This document shows positions 60,416-64,000 of a stretch of DNA of 64,000 nt, one piece after another. Each line of letters starts with the position of its first letter. Position 1 is the stretch's first letter. Position numbers and translations under genes: made by a program. This DNA comes from Spirochaetia bacterium (GTDB taxonomy: Bacteria; Spirochaetota; Spirochaetia; DSM-27196; Salinispiraceae), in NCBI GenBank assembly GCA_038204425.1, contig JBBRCZ010000005.1:96001-160000 (forward strand), written 5' to 3'. The notes under the pieces are model-generated. The model made no database searches. It saw nothing but the letters and a program-made list of their open reading frames with translations, and was not told where the DNA came from.

Positions 60416-61352
60416 AGGACTCGGATCGCTTTTAGCAGAAATCGAAACTAGTGACCGTACTCGCGAGAAAAGCGAGTTAACTGTTCTAATGTCTCCAATA
60501 AGTAGTATATTTCCAAATCCCGAACAACCGCGTAAAGATTTTGATCAGACTCACTTGGATGAGCTTGCAGCATCGATAAAAGAAAAGGGTGTTATTCAGC
60601 CAATTTTGGTTGAAGCTAAACCCGACGGAACATTTTGTATTATTGCTGGTGAGAGGCGCTATAGAGCCAGTAAGCTGGCTGGATTAGAAGAAATGCCTGT
60701 CATTGTGAGGAACTACGATCAAGGCGAGACCTTAGAAATAGCTTTGATAGAAAACCTGCAACGAGAAGACTTAAATGCCCTCGAGGAATCACTTGCCTTT
60801 CAGGCACTGATGGACAAGTTTTCGTTAACTCAAGAACAGATAGCAAGTCGGCTTGGCAAGAGCCGTTCAGCGGTGGCTAATAGTTTAAGGTTGCTCAAGT
60901 TGCCTAAGGCGGTCAAGGATGGCCTTAGAAGCAGTCAGATTAGTCCAGGGCACGCCCGTACACTGCTTGGCCTTAATGGCGACGATTCTTTGCTAGAGCG
61001 TTTGTATACAAGAATTGTGGAAGAGCAGTTGTCAGTAAGAGAAACGGAAGTCTTAGTTAAACACGTCAACGCGGGCGCAGATATCGACGAACCTGTTAAT
61101 AGTCCGGACGACTATCAGAGTCCACAACTTATTAAGGACTTAACCCGAGGGGCTTCAGTCAAAGAGTCCCAAAAACTCTCAAATAGTGTTGAGAAAAGAT
61201 CGGCAGAAATCTGGGATCTTGAAGAAAAGATGATTCGTTCTCTTGGCACCAAAGTACATATTAAAGGTGACGCTAACAAAGGCAAAATTGAGATTGACTA
61301 CTACTCTATCGAAGACCTGAATCGACTCTACGAATTGATTGACCGCAGCTAG
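60396..61352 (+). CDS. parB: Chromosome partitioning protein ParB/Spo0J
   Basis: LGKGL N-terminus, QPRK, IAGERRYRA, ENLQREDL, HTH GKSRSAVAN. Confidence 0.97.
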   Translation: MQRRLGKGLGSLLAEIETSDRTREKSELTVLMSPISSIFPNPEQPRKDFDQTHLDELAASIKEKGVIQPILVEAKPDGTFCIIAGERRYRASKLAGLEEMPVIVRNYDQGETLEIALIENLQREDLNALEESLAFQALMDKFSLTQEQIASRLGKSRSAVANSLRLLKLPKAVKDGLRSSQISPGHARTLLGLNGDDSLLERLYTRIVEEQLSVRETEVLVKHVNAGADIDEPVNSPDDYQSPQLIKDLTRGASVKESQKLSNSVEKRSAEIWDLEEKMIRSLGTKVHIKGDANKGKIEIDYYSIEDLNRLYELIDRS

Positions 61353-61360
61353 TCATTTAA

Positions 61361-61389
61361 TTGACAAACAGTATTGATTCCTTTATATT
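61361..61389 (+). promoter_or_regulatory. Sigma70 promoter of the tRNA-ffs cluster
   Basis: TTGACA-N17-TATATT. Confidence 0.8.
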
Positions 61390-61407
61390 GATCGCTCACG
61401 TTAGCCC

Positions 61408-61492
61408 GGAGAGATGGCCGAGCGGTTTAAGGCAGCGGTCTTGAAAACCGCCGTGGAGCAATCCACCGTGGGTTCGAATCCCACCCTCTCCG
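61408..61492 (+). tRNA. tRNA-Ser(TGA)
   Basis: GCGGT-cTTGAaa-ACCGC-type anticodon arm, long variable arm, GGTTCGAATCC. Confidence 0.96.
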
Positions 61493-61514
61493 TACAGTAT
61501 AATTGGAGTTTCCT

Positions 61515-61602
61515 GGAGAGGTGCGAGAGTGGCCGAATCGGGCTCCCTGCTAAGGAGTTGTATCCCAAAAGGATACCGAGGGTTCGAATCCCTCCCTCTC
61601 CG
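61515..61602 (+). tRNA. tRNA-Ser(GCT)
   Basis: GCTCC-ctGCTaa-GGAGT anticodon arm, long variable arm. Confidence 0.96.
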
Positions 61603-61622
61603 TTATGCCGTTAGGCTGATTT

Positions 61623-61696
61623 GAGCTCATAGCTCAGCTGGATAGAGCATCAGATTGCGGATCTGAAGGTCGGAGGTTCGAATCCTCTTGGGCTCG
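61623..61696 (+). tRNA. tRNA-Arg(GCG)
   Basis: TCAGA-ttGCGga-TCTGA anticodon arm; AGCTCAGCTGGATAGAGC D arm. Confidence 0.95.
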
Positions 61697-61742
61697 CGAA
61701 TTGTTTGGGATTCTGCTTGGTTTCTTGGGAACCTGAACTCAT

Positions 61743-61830
61743 GGAGAGGTGTCCGAGTGGTTGAAGGTGACGGACTCGAAATCCGTTGTACTGTTATGCA
61801 GTACCGAGGGTTCGAATCCCTCCCTCTCCG
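61743..61830 (+). tRNA. tRNA-Ser(CGA)
   Basis: ACGGA-ctCGAaa-TCCGT anticodon arm, long variable arm. Confidence 0.96.
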
Positions 61831-61853
61831 TTTTCCTTTACCGGTTTTTTACT

Positions 61854-61940
61854 GGAGAGATGACCGAGTGGTTTAAGGTGCACGCCTGGAAAGCGTGTGT
61901 GTCTTTACGGGCACCGAGGGTTCGAATCCCTCTCTCTCCG
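61854..61940 (+). tRNA. tRNA-Ser(GGA)
   Basis: CACGC-ctGGAaa-GCGTG anticodon arm, long variable arm. Confidence 0.96.
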
Positions 61941-61943
61941 TTT

Positions 61944-62070
61944 GCCCCTTTAGCGTTGATGACCGGGCACTGTGCAATTTGCCGATACCCAACCCCGCCA
62001 GGTCCGGAAGGAAGCAACGGTAAGTAACCGGTGGATGTGCCGCATGCTGCTTGGTTTGAGCTAAAGGGGT
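61944..62070 (+). ncRNA. ffs: Signal recognition particle RNA (small type)
   Basis: Helix-8 motif CCAGGTCCGGAAGGAAGCAACGG within a long hairpin closed by GCCCCTTTAGC/GCTAAAGGGGT; ends approximate. Confidence 0.93.
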
Positions 62071-62075
62071 TTTTT

Positions 62076-63680
62076 ATGGCTTACGAAGTTACCGCAACCC
62101 GCAAACGTCCAAAAGATTTCAATCACTTAGTCGGTCAAGAGTTTGTGGTCTCCACTTTAAAGAATTCTGTGAAATCAGGGCGCATCGCTCATGCTTATTT
62201 GTTTGCTGGTCCTAGAGGCGTGGGCAAAACATCGGCGGCACGAATCCTTGCAAAAGTTCTCAACTGCCCAGATTTGAGTCAAATAGATGCGTGTGACGAC
62301 TGGGAAGGCGCAGAAGAAATCGCCCGCGGAAGAAGCATCGACGTAATCGAAATTGACGGCGCAAGCAACACCAGCGTAAGCGATATTCGTTTGATCAAAG
62401 ATGAGGTGCTCTTTCCGCCGCAGTCCAGTCGCTACAAGATTTATATCATTGACGAAGTTCATATGTTGTCAAATTCTGCCTTTAATGCCCTGCTTAAGAC
62501 CATCGAAGAACCACCGCCTTATATTATCTTTATTTTTGCCACAACCGAACTGCACAAGGTCCCTGCCACCATAAGAAGTCGCTGTCAGCAGTTTGTCTTT
62601 AAGTTGATTCCTTTGGAACTGATAAAAGAACGATTGAGTGAGGCGGCACTGGATCTGGGTGTTAAAGCCGACGATGAGGCACTGTTTTGGATCGCCAAAG
62701 AATCAACTGGCAGTATGCGCGACGCTTACACGCTCTTTGATCAAGTTGTTGCATTTTCTGAAGGTCAGATAAGTATAGAAAAGATTCACGAAAAACTCGG
62801 CTTAATAGGTCTTGATCAATTGAACGAATTGGCAAGTCTAATCTTGAGTGGAGCAGCCGGGCAGTCCTTGGAGTATATTCATGCTATTTTTTCGTCAGGA
62901 ATAGCAGTCGAGCAGTTCTTAATTGATATTTGCGAATATTACCGTGGCGTACTCTTCTTAAAAGTTGGCGTCAAACGCGAGGCACTTCTAGGCTATTCAT
63001 CTGAGCGTTTTTTGGCGCAAGCAGTAGAAGTCTATTCGAGAACCCAGATTGAAAAAATTCTTTCACTAATCCTAAGTGCCTATCGTGATGTTCGCTACTC
63101 GGTGGATCCACGTTATGACGTTGAGCTATTGATGGCGCGTTTGTGTCGCATTCGATCCTTCCTTGAACCAGAGGAGCTCTACGAACGCCTTAGAGCCCTG
63201 GAATTGAATGGGCTCAGTATTGGGGATACCGGAACTAAGCCTAGTGCTGCAAAGCCATTGTCAAACCCTAAGAGCGAAGTCGCAATAAGTCCACAGAAAA
63301 TCCAGGCGCCTTCCGACCAGGGGCCAAGAACGCTTAGCGCCCATGAACAAGAACTGTTGGTTCAGATTCTCAGACGCGATCATTTGACGATTGGGAGTGC
63401 CCTTGACCACGTAATGTCTTGGGAACTCGACGACGGTGTCTTGCTCTTGGAGACCGATCATGAATATTCTGCAGAGAGTTTGCAACGGATTGAACATGCG
63501 TTAGTATTGGCGTGCAAAGGCGTGGTGGATGGTGTTAGTTCACTTAAGGTTATCGTGCATGAAAAAAAAATATCGACCAAAGATGAACATGCAAGTCATT
63601 TAGCCAATGACCATAGCCCCGAGGCAGAAAAAATTCGGGAGATTTTTAAAGGCGAATATGTCAAAAAGGCGCAACTATGA
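62076..63680 (+). CDS. dnaX: DNA polymerase III subunit gamma/tau
   Basis: GPRGVGKTS, EIDGASN, IIDEVHML, TIRSRCQ, GSMRDA. ATG 62076. Confidence 0.97.
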   Translation: MAYEVTATRKRPKDFNHLVGQEFVVSTLKNSVKSGRIAHAYLFAGPRGVGKTSAARILAKVLNCPDLSQIDACDDWEGAEEIARGRSIDVIEIDGASNTSVSDIRLIKDEVLFPPQSSRYKIYIIDEVHMLSNSAFNALLKTIEEPPPYIIFIFATTELHKVPATIRSRCQQFVFKLIPLELIKERLSEAALDLGVKADDEALFWIAKESTGSMRDAYTLFDQVVAFSEGQISIEKIHEKLGLIGLDQLNELASLILSGAAGQSLEYIHAIFSSGIAVEQFLIDICEYYRGVLFLKVGVKREALLGYSSERFLAQAVEVYSRTQIEKILSLILSAYRDVRYSVDPRYDVELLMARLCRIRSFLEPEELYERLRALELNGLSIGDTGTKPSAAKPLSNPKSEVAISPQKIQAPSDQGPRTLSAHEQELLVQILRRDHLTIGSALDHVMSWELDDGVLLLETDHEYSAESLQRIEHALVLACKGVVDGVSSLKVIVHEKKISTKDEHASHLANDHSPEAEKIREIFKGEYVKKAQL

Positions 63681-63994
63681 ACCCACTAGAAATAATGAAA
63701 AACGTGAAACAAATTCAAGAAAAACTGCAAGAAGCACAAGCTAAATTGCCGAGTCTTGAAGCCGAAGGTAACGCCGGAGCAGGTATGGTTAAGGTGGTAA
63801 TAGATGGAACTTTTTTGACCAAGAAGGTCTTGATAGATCCGTCGCTGTCTGAATCAAACGATCTTGAGTTTATCCAAGACTTGGTTTTGGCGGCCTTGCG
63901 TGATGCTCATGGAAAAATGAAGGAAACAATTAACCAACAAATGTCGTCGATAGCCGGCCCAATACCGCCAAACCTCTTTAATCTAGGTCTATAG
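63677..63994 (+). CDS. ybaB: YbaB/EbfC nucleoid-associated protein
   Basis: GNAGAGMVKV, IDPSL, QDLVLAA; ATGA overlap with dnaX. Confidence 0.95.
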   Translation: MNPLEIMKNVKQIQEKLQEAQAKLPSLEAEGNAGAGMVKVVIDGTFLTKKVLIDPSLSESNDLEFIQDLVLAALRDAHGKMKETINQQMSSIAGPIPPNLFNLGL

Positions 63995-64000
63995 AATGAA

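Noticed and set aside
61408..61940. Repeated GGTTCGAATCCC units and short ORFs as a CRISPR-like array or CDS
   Set aside because: These are tRNA T-arms and acceptor stems; no cas genes are present.
62031..62075. GTG-start extension of dnaX
   Set aside because: Overlaps the SRP RNA; the conserved N-terminus begins MAYEV at 62076.

Overview
This is a core-chromosome window spanning the replication origin of a bacterium that is very likely a spirochete (class Spirochaetia). The assignment is inferred from tRNA-Arg(GCG), a eukaryote-type ProRS, an L34 ending in SDEKKPY, a long FapA and a FlhG-like ATPase. The right third holds jag-yidC-rnpA-rpmH-dciA-recF-dnaN-oriC-dnaA on the minus strand. Divergent from it are gyrB-gyrA, two perfect parS sites, parA-parB, five tRNAs (all four Ser isoacceptors plus Arg-GCG), SRP RNA, dnaX and ybaB/ebfC. 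The rest is housekeeping, metabolic and signalling genes: a partial degenerate REC-AAA+ regulator, TagA-like, rsmE, S41 protease, FlhG-like, FapA, lgt, TRIC, DUF4914, rpmG-rpmB, GAF-HD-GYP, nagZ-crtI-pntAB, proS, a DHp-REC-PP2C protein, GH13 and malQ, DUF4015-MoxR-DUF58, purL/purQ and lysA. I found no mobile element, prophage or CRISPR array. The best leads are: a possible split HATPase-like plus DHp-REC-PP2C signalling pair; a parS site embedded in the gyrA terminator; a recurring leaderless-promoter layout that includes dnaA and parA; the dnaX ribosome-binding site inside the SRP RNA closing helix; a duplicated proS initiation region; and several degenerate pseudo-enzymes. All calls were made by eye from motifs. 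No database search was run, so none of these is established as novel.
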